Below the pieces are notes generated by a model. The model saw nothing but the letters and a program-made list of their open reading frames with translations, was not told the DNA's origin and did no database searches. From Rebecca billardiae RCC1528 (lineage: Eukaryota > Protista > Haptophyta), in assembly GCA_965240325.2 (NCBI GenBank), contig OZ251225.1, positions 682,001 through 746,000 of the forward strand: 64,000 bases of DNA. Reading direction: 5' to 3'. Every line of letters starts with the position of its first letter. The stretch's first letter is position 1. The translations under genes were made by a program, and so were the position numbers. This document shows, one piece after another, positions 11,009-27,159 of the stretch.

Positions 11009-14000
11009 ATCACCCGGAGCCCGTTATAAAGGGGAATTTATTATATAGAGAGAGAGAGAGAGAGTCAGGACCAGGTTCAGGCGTGATCGACGCCCTCCAG
11101 CACTGCACAAAGTCAAAGACACCGCCACATTTTGAAACTGAAAACAGACGACCGGCGCAACAGGTGCGTAATGGCGCGTTACCCTGACTTACCGCACCTC
11201 ATCGAGGCGGCCATTGCAGCAAGAACGGGGCCCCGCCCCGCGCTCGGACTAGTCGGAGTCGGAGGCGCGCGCGCTCGAGAGCCGTGCGCTCTGACACCAC
11301 GCGGCCCGCCGGAGCCGCAGTGCTGCTCCTGGATTTTGTTTGATTCTTGGCGCGAGGGAAGCAGACAGCAGTGAGCTCGTGAGTTGGCATCCATCGTGGG
11401 AAACTCGACACCTCTTTCCTGGCCCGGACGTACGTATGTCATCACAGATATCTCACTACTCTCAGCCACCTTGAGAGTGCAGCCGCGCCATTGAACACCT
11501 GCCTGCGCTGTCTGTGAGCGACGCCGCGTCGGCTGATCGAGCCCCTGCCGAAGTACGCGGCTTACTATTATTCATATCATTAATATTCCTGTTATGGGCT
11601 ACATTTAATTTGAATTTATTGAAACTGTCCGATTCTCTGTAGTCTGTTAACGCGCGCGCAGCGGGCACGTAACAAAACAGCCGTCGGTGACGACGGAAGC
11701 GGTGGACGGGGCGTTGATACCTCGGTCGCCCGGAAAGGCAGGGGCCAAAAGGCAAGGCAAAGTTGCCCCAACACGCATCTGACGGGCGTGGAAGGCGTGC
11801 AAATCGCGTCACTGAAAATCATTTCATGTCAGTTCTGCACAATATATATTCTGACGAGTTGCAGTGCGCAGCAGCGGGGAATTCGGGGGAAATGCGCGCA
11901 TATTATAAGACGTTCGGGAACGTTGACGAACGTTGAACCAGCAGATAGATCCTCGACATTCGCGTCGTGAATTAACGTTGTCTTACTCCGCCGGAAATCG
12001 ACGACGTTACGCGTCGTCACGAATAGATATATATACATATAATTCGTCTCAGACGTCCGCGCCGCCGAATAATGGCGGCGCGAATCGTCATCGCGCGCGG
12101 CCCGCGGGCCGGCCGGGCCGCGTCGGCACGGACGGCGACCACCGCCACCGAGTGAGTGGCCTCAGTGGGTGACACTTGTTAGAGCAGGACAGATACGATT
12201 GCACTCGATACAGCACGTGTGGGCTGCAGTCCGCCCTGATCGACCCCGCTGAGACGACGGCGCTCCATCCGTGAGCGCGGCCACCGATCACATCACTTAG
12301 TACACATGTCAATGCGTCGCAACCAACGGGCGCGCGCTGAAACCGATCACTACGGGGCCAACCTACCGAGACTCCACTGAGCCTCGGACTTTGGTTGTCA
12401 TCCGGACCGTTCTGCAGCGCCCTCAATGGCTGTGAGCTTGTCCGTGCGCGGGCCGCAGATGAGCGTGTAACAACAGTCAGCTCGTTGTCGCAGTGGGCAC
12501 ACTGGGCGTCACCAGAAATCAGAATCAGAAGCCACACAGTGGGCTCCGGCTTCAGACAGACAGAACGGCTTCAGTCCACCGGCCCCCCAGTGACCAGTCC
12601 GGTCCGACTGGAGCGTTACTATCTTGACACTGCAATGCCTCTGATGATCTACACTACTCAATAGCTCCGGCGACCACCCCAGGCGGTCCCTTGGACGACA
12701 TTACGGCCAGATGGATCATCATCAGCCACACCTCCAATAGGTTCAGACTCTGTTTTCTATAACTAAATACCCAGCTGGCCCGGGTATCATTTTCGCATAT
12801 GCCATACAGGTCGGTCCGGAACGCTCCCGGACTGTGCTGACATATGAGTAAGGGGCGGGTAATTACACGCTGCGTTCCTGAGCCGCAGCGCCAGAATTAC
12901 GCGAGATCAGAGAACCTTTCTTTCCTCCCACGCGCGCCATTGGTCGAGACGTCGCTGAAGGGGGCCGAAAGTTGAGCAGCGGGTAACCTTCTGTTAATGA
13001 CGTGAGTAAGTCTCGCCGTAGTGGGCCCAAAATTGCAACCTATGACTTTCGCTTGATCGTCCGATCTCTCGAACATCTGCCCCGAAGCGTCGCTTTTGTG
13101 AGGATACACAGCAGCATCTCTCCATCGGTTGATCCTGCAGGCCCTCAACGCTCCTAGACCCTTCGTCGGCGGACGATCTACGAGCGAGTGACGACAGGCG
13201 ACGCCTCCCCGGCACACTAGTACGAGGTCGATGGCGAACAACGCTCGTGCACGGACTAGGGGATGTTTGAGTGCGCGTAGCCTCGCTCGATACGACTGCG
13301 GGCAGGCGCGGCCGACGCAGTCCCGGCAGCTCCTGTTGTTTCTGCCTGCCACGCCCGCGCCGTTCATCATCCGTGCCGCGCGTGGCCCGACAACTTGCCA
13401 GCGCCGCCGACAAGTTGGTGATCGAAGGGCGCGATTTGAAGGTTCAGCCACCACTCAGGTGGGCATCCCGGGCCCACTTTGAGTTGTCTTCGATGCTGCC
13501 CACCGCGCTGCTCTCGACAGCCTCCGTGCCCTCGTGACAGCGCGCGCGTGCCGGCAGCTGCACGACGGTGCGGCAAGTCGGCATGGCTTGCTCAGTCGCT
13601 CTTCACCTCTGCAGTGCAGAGGATGGGCCACAGCGATTACAGCGATACTGCGGTCGGTGGCAACGAGCATACTCCTCATGACCGCCGCCGCCGCGTGCCG
13701 CAGCTACCCGCCACCGGACGTGCTGCATCACACGTCGATGCTCATGGCTCATTAGACAGGATCTCACGCTCATCCGTGGGCACCGTTGTACGTGCGGCAT
13801 GGCAAAGCCCTACTGACTTGGATGTGTGGATGCGTCGGCACGGCGGCAGTCGTCAGTGGCAGTGCTTGGCTCTGTGTCGCAGACGTGGCGCGGCGCCTGG
13901 CGCAGTCACGACGCACTCGTTGACCGGGCCACGCGCTGTCTCGGACACTGGACGGCGCGGCTCCGAGCAACACTCGCTCGCCGCTGGGCCTGGGCCTGCC

Positions 14001-15877
14001 GGCCCACAGGGCCTGGGCCGCCTCTGCCCACGCCGAGGCCTGGCCTAAGACGGTAAGGCCCCGGGTCACATAGCACGACGGCTCAGTGCCGCTGCCCTCT
14101 GGACCAGTGGCGGTGCTGCTCTGCCGGCTCGGGGCGACCCGCTCGCGCCGCGGCGGCCGTGGCAGCGCTCATCGACTCAAACGTGCCGCCGGAGTCAGGA
14201 TATTCGATCACAGACACGGTCGTCACTACGGTATAGTCGTCATCATGCACTTATCGCAGCATGCCGCGTATAGCGTGACTCACCTTGGGTCCGCGTGCTG
14301 ACTGCTGCATCATCAGTATTCAGTGCGCATATATTATAAACCGAAACGGTTATTACGGCTGTCAAAGTGAGTGTCAAGTGTCAGCATTGTCAGCTGCGCG
14401 CGCACGGGACAGACGGGGCAACGGAACCTTAGCCGCGTGCCCGTTAGTGAATAGTGCGGACGGTCCGCAGTATCGAGTGATGAGCAGTAGTCTTGTAAAG
14501 CCCCGCGCCCGGTACGTACCGAGGCTCCGTAGTAAATGTTGCAGTGACTGGGCCCGGCGGGCGTGCGCCGGCAACACGCCGACGGCTGAACCGGCTACGC
14601 CTCCAGTCTGAGTCGCAGATTACGAGCGCCCGCGCACTGGCAGCGGTCGAGCCGACTGGATTGTCAGAGTTAGTCAGCGAGTCGAGCCGCGGGCGCCGGC
14701 CAAGGCGGTACGGGCGGTACAGCGGTACTCCATCGAGCCTGCGTAGAGACCCGCTCACGGACTCCCAGCGCAGCGTGTCACTGCCCGAGCAGCATTGCGT
14801 GCGCTCGCGTGCAGCCCCCGGAGCCAGCCTGGGGCTCCGAAGGTGTGCTTGCAGCTGGTGCGTGACCTTACGAGTACTGCACACCGCTTGTTGACACTGC
14901 ACGCCAAGCCGATCGAAGGCACAACGTGAGGATGTGAACTGGCGGCAGCTTTCTGCGGATCTGGGCCGTGACCTCTGTAGGCGCGCGGGCACAGAGTGTC
15001 CGACGGCGAGGAAAGAGCTCGAGTGGCCGCTATCGGGGTCGAATAGGAAACATGCGACTCGCCGTACATCGCACGCCGACTGCTGGCAGGCTCGCCCCCC
15101 CCCCGCCCGCACCTGCACGATCAGCATCAGGAGCAATGATTGCGGAGTGCGCATTAGCCGCAGAAGAGGACCAGGTGCGCACGCGCGTGTGCAAGCAAAG
15201 GGCGACGCCCAATGTGGACCTACGAAGGTGTGCACGCGGCTGACACTGAGCGCTGATGTCCCTGGACCCGCGCGAGAGCTCCTCAGCCACGCCAATGTCG
15301 CAGAGACTCTCTGGCGGCCTGGCCTGGCCGGGCTGCGTCCGAAGCCCTGCCGCCCGCCGACGACCGGCGACACACTCTACTCGTCTTGGCCTCTTGAACC
15401 CTCGGTGGCAATCTCTCGCGATCTGCCTCGCCCGCATAGCACGGCTTTGGGCTCGTTCGCTCATCAATCGAAGACCGCCAACCGATGCGGGTGCGCTGAA
15501 AATGCGATTCTTCGTATGTGAACAATTGCGCGGCTTTATTCTCGCGTAATTCTGGCGCTGGGGCTCAGGAACGCAGCGTAGTAAAATAGAGTCTGAACCT
15601 ATTGGCAGGTGGTCGGATGCGACATTCACATTTCTCGTTGAATAAGTCATCAATGAGACATCAATCGCCAATCGGCCATCGGGCCGGTCGGAAGGGACTC
15701 TGCTGCATAGTGCATGGTCCGCTTGGTTGACTAATGAGTCTAATGACCGTGTTCTCAGGCTCGCTCGGGGCCAATAAGACGTAACGTCGGAGGCTGGGGG
15801 GGGGGGGGGGGGGGGGGGGGGACAGCCGGCCAGCCAGTGGCAGGGTTTGATATTACCGAACATGAAGCCTGCAGTAT

Positions 15878-20769
<4,892 letters not shown>

Positions 20770-20915
20770 TAAGCTGCGCTGCGTAGTGCGTAATCACTAA
20801 GTAGCATACTACAGTAAGTGAAACCCGCGCGACGTTACAACTTACCACTTAGTACACTGGTGCACAGTCATCCTGCTCCGCACGTCGCACTCGTGAACTC
20901 GTCCGGCCAGCGCGC

Positions 20916-22019
20916 CTACTCGTGCGGCGACGAGGCGCCCAAGCCTGCGGGCGCGTTCTCCGCCCCTTCGTCGCCCACCATGGTCTCAATGTCGCTCGCC
21001 ACCGCCTCCGCGTGCAGGCCCTGCGCGCGATCGTCCACCTTGATGAACGGGGACGACGGGCCGCGCTGGGCCGGGCGCGGCAGTTGAAAGGAGTCACGCC
21101 GGACGACGGTCGACAGCAGGCCCTCCATGTCGTGGAGGAGGGCCTCGACGTAGATCGAGTCGATGGCAACCTCCACCGTGGTGCGGCGCTGGAGGGGCTG
21201 CTGCGCACGGAGCATGGCGCTGTACTCGTCCGCGGCAAACATGGGCAGGAAGGTCGCCGTGTTGGCAAACACGTTCTTCACAAAGAGGCTGAACCACGCA
21301 CGGCCCACGTACTGGGGCCGGAGCATGCTGCCGACGAGGCTCATCCGCTCGGCGGCCGTGGCGTTGGGCCCGAGCTTGGCGTGCACGGTCGAGCCGGTCT
21401 CCGTGATCAGGCCCGCCGTGGTCTCGACCACTGAGACGAGCGGCCCCACTACCGCCGAGAGGTAGGCTGCGTTGCCGGCGACCTGCGCCTCCGAGCGTGG
21501 CGGGCGGTAGTCGCGGCCGCGCGCGAAGGGCACGAGGAAGTCTTTCGTCCCGAAGCAGAACATGGTGCGCAGCGCCTCGCCCGGGCCGAAGATGGCCGTG
21601 TTGCCCAGGTAGGAGCGCAGGCCATCGCGCGTGAAGTAGATGCGGCGAATGGCGGTCGGATAGTTCTCGCCGTTGAGCTTGGCGAGCTGGAGCATGCGGA
21701 ACACGTTGAATACGGGGGAGAAGAGCAGACCCGACACGAAGGAAGCCGTGAAGGGCCCTCGCTCGCGCATCTCCTGGGGTATGAAGAGGTTGAGGGTCGT
21801 TGCCGTCACCTTCATGCCCGTGCGCGCCACCGCGCCAGCGTACGCAATGCCGGGGCTGCTGAACGTGGCGCGAAAGTGGTGCGCCAGCGAATGTCCCATG
21901 ACTGCGTCCTGGGCGACGACCACGCGGAAGCGGTCAAGGGGGATGGCGAAGACATTGCCCACGCCCGCCGACGAGACGCCGCCGGCAAGCCGGATCGTGT
22001 CCTCGGAAGGTGGGGCCAT
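20916..22019 (-). CDS. Divergent mitochondrial carrier (SLC25/MCF) family protein
   Basis: Intronless ORF with ATG at 22019. GVGNVFAIPLDRFRV contains the Px[DE]xx[KR] signature; hydrophobic Gly/Ala-rich helices; later repeats are degenerate. Confidence 0.6.
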   Translation of the reverse strand: MAPPSEDTIRLAGGVSSAGVGNVFAIPLDRFRVVVAQDAVMGHSLAHHFRATFSSPGIAYAGAVARTGMKVTATTLNLFIPQEMRERGPFTASFVSGLLFSPVFNVFRMLQLAKLNGENYPTAIRRIYFTRDGLRSYLGNTAIFGPGEALRTMFCFGTKDFLVPFARGRDYRPPRSEAQVAGNAAYLSAVVGPLVSVVETTAGLITETGSTVHAKLGPNATAAERMSLVGSMLRPQYVGRAWFSLFVKNVFANTATFLPMFAADEYSAMLRAQQPLQRRTTVEVAIDSIYVEALLHDMEGLLSTVVRRDSFQLPRPAQRGPSSPFIKVDDRAQGLHAEAVASDIETMVGDEGAENAPAGLGASSPHE

Positions 22020-22409
22020 GCCGATTCGCGCGAACACGCGCGGGCGCGATTCAGGACCGCCCTTGATTCATCAGGCATTCAGGCCAGGCCGTTCGTGCCC
22101 ATCGATCACTCCGCCGCGCAATCTGAATTCAGAGTAGCGCTTCGATCTACAGTTTTCGCACGCGTGCGCCAACCGAAGGATGGTCGCAGATCTGTCCCGG
22201 ACGGATTTACTATATTTGATTCTGATCACGAGTCCCACCTCATCAAGAGCCCACTCGCGTGAAGCGAGTGCGATGGCGGAGAGTACCAGCCAGTCAGGAA
22301 CCCATAGCGGGCGCGAATAAAAAACTGTGCCCTGGCGGGCGGGGGGGTCGGCGGGCCGTGCCAGTGCTGTCGCCACCCGTCCGGCAGCCCCCTACATGAA
22401 CATCTATAA

Positions 22410-23458
22410 AGGCCGTTCCAGACAGCTTTTGCAGCTGAGTTTCCCGGGTACTTTTCCACGGGCAATTGTTCTATTCGTACATAGAAGGCACGCCGGAAGA
22501 AAAAAATGCGTTCCAGACAGCCTTTTGCAGCCGCTCCGTGGAGAAACGAGATACGGAAAGACATAGAGGAGATTGCAAGAAAAGTCCCAAACGCGGGAAA
22601 GATTGGCGGCGAAAGCCGCGAAAGGCGCGGAGAGGGTTGCAAGGAGAGTTGGCCAGCTCGGCAGCGTCCTGTGCCGGCTGCTTGGCACGTGCGCCCCGTC
22701 ACATGTGGTCCGGGGAGCGCTCGGAGTCGGTCGAGTCAGCCGCGGGAGATACGTCGCCTCTCGCTCTGCGTCTAGTGCGTTCCCACTCATTCGAATGTGA
22801 CGAGCTGTCCGCCACGCACAAGCCGGGCGTTGTCGGGCGCCGCTGTTCAAATCTGTGCGTCCTGTGGGCTGTTGTCGAGGGCTGATCAAGCCAGGAAGGG
22901 ACAGCTCTCTGTCGGGAGACGCAAGACGCCCCAGCCGTCATTCGAGGCCCCAGGAACAACTGCACATGCCACGTCAAGCTCAAGTCGCAAGGCGGCACGG
23001 CGCCGGCAACTTGAGTCTACGCCGCACGCTGCACGACAGAGAGCGATGACCTCAGTGTCGCGGGGCACAAGGCCGTGCGACCGATCATAGTCGTGCGCGC
23101 CATGGAGCACGCCACTCCTGTCGCCAACGATCACCGCGCGTTTGCGCGCACGTGCGGGCACGTGACGAGCCACGTGGTTTGGCGTCGTCATGCCCCGCGG
23201 CCCGAGACACCCTCTGCCGCGCATCTGGGGACGGCTCTCTTGAAGGAGGCCAGATTCCTCAGCGCGATCTCCTTCTTATTGAGCTACGATTCCCCCGGAG
23301 GAAAAAGAAAGTCAACGGTTGTTTCGGCCGAAAACAACCGTTGACTGCTTTCTTTTTCCTCCGACGGGTTTCGTCGTTTTTTTGTCTTCGGAATTGTTGT
23401 AGAAATTGTCCGAAGGAAAAAAAAGCCGTGCGTGTCCAAAAACTGTCTAGAACGGGCT
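22410..23458. mobile_element. PIF/Harbinger-type (Tourist-like) non-autonomous element
   Basis: TIRs AGGCCGTTCCAGACAGCTTTTG / CAAAAACTGTCTAGAACGGGCT; perfect TAA target-site duplication (22407-22409, 23459-23461); internal ~68-nt hairpin 23296-23363. Confidence 0.75.
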
Positions 23459-23699
23459 TAAGGCCCTACATGGCCTATGTCACTATACTATGTGCACTTC
23501 AAGGCCCCTGGTATTGGAAAATACCCGCAGCTATTCGTTGCCAGTCCATTTCATAGTCACTGAGCTCAAAACCCTCGCTCCGAAGTTTTTGAGCCCGCTG
23601 AGCCGAAGACGGGCTCAGAGGCTTTCTGGGACGGGTCCGGAATCACTTCCTCTGCGACTGCGGGTTCACGTCTTTCCACAGCATTCGCTCGTGGCCGTG

Positions 23700-24203
23700 G
23701 GTGACGGACAGTCGGACCAGTGACACCTGTGAAGAGTGTGAAGTTCTCCCACGTGCGGTACGCGTCCGTGCGCATCAGCGAGGCCCACACCCACGAGGGA
23801 ATGTGCAGCACGCGGGGCGGGGCGGGTAGCCCGATGCTCCGCGTGAGTGTGTGTATGCGCTGTATGTGCCGCATCTCGACCGCGATGGCGTAATCGAGCG
23901 CCTCGCCGCCGACGAAGCCGCCAGAGTAGATCGTGTGCTGTCCTCCTGCCGCCAGCCGAGAGCGGTCGTCGCGAGGATGCTTGCCGATGTCCGCTCCGGG
24001 CATGATGGCCTCGGCGCAGCTCGCGTTGACATCGTACACGGCCGCCACGCTGAGCGCGAGCGCGTTGTTGACGCGCGCACAGCGACAGCGTGTGCCACTC
24101 GCGATTGAGAGTGGGCACGAGCTGCTCACACAGGCACACGAATCGCAGCGCATCCGTCACCGGCGCGACGACGTCCGCCTCGTCCCGCAGCGCCTGCGCC
24201 ATG
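23700..24203 (-). pseudogene. Frameshifted gene fragment, possible F-box-like N-terminus
   Basis: MAQALRDEADVVAPVTDALRFVCLCEQLVPTLNREWH continues in another frame as NALALSVAAVYDVN...VLHIPSWVWASLMRTDAYRTWENF. Confidence 0.3.
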
Positions 24204-25954
24204 GACGAGGATGGCGCGGCGATGTTGCATGCTCGACGATTCATCTCTCTGCGGATGGCATCACGGGCTTGTCTGTGTCGCGCTGCGGCGAGGGTCGCCA
24301 ACTCACGAAGACTCGGTTGCTGCCACGGCGACAGACCCGGGAGGTGCGTCCGCTGCGCGTCGTACGCCGTTGGCGCTGCGCTTCCGTCGCATTGGTCACC
24401 GTCGACGCCATGCAGGCCGGACGTGGGCTTTCGGCTGAGGACCGCCACTTCGCGAGCGACAGTCCGGTGCGAGGATTCCCGGCGATCGAGTTCAGAAGGC
24501 CGCGCCAAATCTTGCGTCGGGTGCGATGGCGCTTCCCGCCCGCGAGACACCTCGTGATGAGGGCCTTTCCGCACCGAGCCCGACGCGCGGTGGTGGATCG
24601 CGCGAGGTGGTTGCCGTGCGTAGCGCTTGCTACTATGGCCCGTGCGAGCGCTCGACGTGCAAGTCAGGCGAGGACCGCCCCAGGTCGCACGATCGTGTCG
24701 ACGCGCCGAGCGTACCTCCAAACGCGTCGACTTTGGCCCGCGTTCGACCTGCACGCGAGACGACGAGGGCAGCAATCGCGAATCGGGCGAGACCACGTCT
24801 CGGGAATCCTCGCGCGATGTCCACGCCGGCGTTGGATCTGGCGCGCGCCGCCCACGCGCTCCGCGCCAGCCTGAACAGATTTTCGGCCGATCGTGGCCCA
24901 GTGGGAGCTGCGAGGGCGCCCGGTACAGGGGTCTCAACAATTAATTGTCACATTCTGACTGAGCTGCACGCCACTGCTCACCCTGCCCTCCTGGGCTGAT
25001 CCAGGCGGCCCCCACGGCCCGTGCACGACGGTTTCGACCCAGCGCGTCAGCCCCAGCGCGCGCGGGCTGGAGTTGGGCACACTGTCAGCACCGGGTCACA
25101 CGGCTGCAGGCGTACAGCCTGTCGCAGCTGGCCAGATCCTGCCGCAGGCTTGTCGTCACTGGTCGCGGGCCGTGTGCCCACACAGACCAGGCCTAAATAA
25201 TTGTGCTTGGCAGTGGATCTGGTACCCCCTAGGGTGGGCTGCATGCCACCTGGGGGGGAGCTCATGGACATGGGATGCAGCTGCTGTGGCACAGTGCCCA
25301 ATCCCGCACCCCCACCTGCGCAGGACCTGTCCGGTCAGCTCCCCTGCACTGGGAGGCCAGCAGCAGCACCCGCTGACACACCCCGAGGGTGGCCAGCCAC
25401 CCGACTTGAGGGGGCTGGAGTGGGGCTGGTGCAGCCAAGAGCTCTGCAGCCTAGCTGCTGGTGGCTGGCCTGCATGGATTTTCAAGCTGACTAGCTGACC
25501 ACCCACTGCTGCCTGCCGCACCCCTCGCTGCACCCACCTGGGCTGCTGCACATGCGCACTCTGGATGGCACCACAGCCCAGCATGGAGAGCTGGCCAAGC
25601 AGCCACCCACTCGTCAGAATGGCCAGGGAGTGGGCTGTGCTAGACCACATCTAGCCACTCAAAGCCAGGCAATCAAGTGCTCACATGCCTGTCCAGTGGC
25701 ACAAACAGAGATACAGCTAATTGTTGAGACTCCTGTAGTGAGCGAGGCGATTTTCTTTTCTTGGCGAGGCGATTTCCTTTATTCGTTTCTATTTATTTTC
25801 TTTTTCCCGGGCACTACTGCCTGAGCTGTGTGCGTCTCTTATTCTTAGTCAACTGTACAAGGGGCTGGACTCGCCGCGATCCAAGGCGCGAGTGCAACGT
25901 CCGGGACCGGGGGCGTTGCACTCGCCGGTCGGCGTCGCCGTGCGGTCTGCTGCC

Positions 25955-26233
25955 TACTTTTCCACCACTCTCACGTCCGCGTCCGTACGTCCTCGTGCGA
26001 CCGGCGCGCGTGTGAGGCTGTGCATGGGAAGAATGGGCAAGACAGTAGGGACCAGGATCACCCTTCCGACGGTCATGCCGACCTCATTGGTATGCCTTAC
26101 GACGATGTAGGCCAGTCAATGTTCCGTCGAGCGGTAGTCGTGCGACGGCCGTCATCGCACGGCAACTCGCCACTCGGAGTTCGGCTACGTGCGAATACGT
26201 GTGCAGCGTGTGCGCTTCTGTCGAAGGCGAGGC
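25955..26233 (+). repeat. Diverged relic of the mariner-type MITE interior (58520-58800)
   Basis: ACCACTCTCACGTCC...CCAGGATCACC...GCGGTAGTCGTGCGAC...GTGCGAATACGT is shared with 58520-58800. Confidence 0.7.
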
Positions 26234-26433
26234 NNNNNNNNNNNNNNNNNNNNNNNNNNNNNNNNNNNNNNNNNNNNNNNNNNNNNNNNNNNNNNNNNNN
26301 NNNNNNNNNNNNNNNNNNNNNNNNNNNNNNNNNNNNNNNNNNNNNNNNNNNNNNNNNNNNNNNNNNNNNNNNNNNNNNNNNNNNNNNNNNNNNNNNNNNN
26401 NNNNNNNNNNNNNNNNNNNNNNNNNNNNNNNNN
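26234..26433. other. Assembly gap (200 N)
   Basis: Run of N. Confidence 1.
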
Positions 26434-26840
26434 AAGCACCCCACGGATCCCGGGATGATCTGCGTGATGTCGAACCAAAGATCGAACCACGACTTCTGGA
26501 AGAACTGCTGGACCAGGCATTCCCAGTCGTTCCGCCTGCCGGGGATGCGCGCCTGCAGCACAAGAGGCAGGCGAGGCGCAGACGTCAGACGAAGCGCGCA
26601 CGCGAGGGCGGGGGGCCAAGCGCTGGACCGCCGTCAGCGCGCAACCGCGAGCGCGCTCCGAGCGCGTGCCTGGATGCGGCTGCCACCAATGCCTGGGATC
26701 AGCATGACCGGCGGCAGGTTCGGATCGCCCATGTCCTTGCGCTCCACAATCTTGCCCGTGGGATCCTCGACAGTGATTCCCCCATCCACCACGCGAGCGA
26801 GGCCCAGGAAGGGCAGCAGCAGCGCCACGCGCATCGTCAT
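26434..26840 (-). CDS. LCAT / group XV phospholipase A2-like lipase-acyltransferase, 5' part only (truncated by gap); exons 26840-26670, 26552-<26434
   Basis: Signal peptide, then PVMLIPGIGGSRIQ|ARIPG...WFDLWFDITQIIPGSVGC, matching the LCAT PVILVPGxGGSxLxA...WFxLW pattern. Joined by a GC-AG intron 26669-26553. Confidence 0.8.
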
Positions 26841-27159
26841 CGACGAACACCCGGCGGCGCCCTTCCGCCGAGACGCCAGCGCAGATCCCGGTGGCAAGCG
26901 CGTCCGGTAGCACGGCCCCGCGCGGGATCGATTTCTTATTGCCGCCATTTTGCCGCCCAGCCTGCCGTCGGGTGGGTGATGGTCTTTCCCGCCCAGCCAG
27001 CGCCCAGCGGGGCTCGAGAGCGGCGAGACCGCAGCTTGGCCTCAGTGGTTGACTTCGGCTCGGGAGTCGGGGCCACGTTACTACATCATCACATGAATCT
27101 CTCTGTCTCCGCCTCTCCTCTATTCCAGAAGACTGGCCAGCTGCTTCAGCTAGTCGGCG

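Noticed and set aside
12900-15500. Patchy protein-like text suggesting a decayed gene or recombinase
   Set aside because: No continuous frame or identifiable motif.
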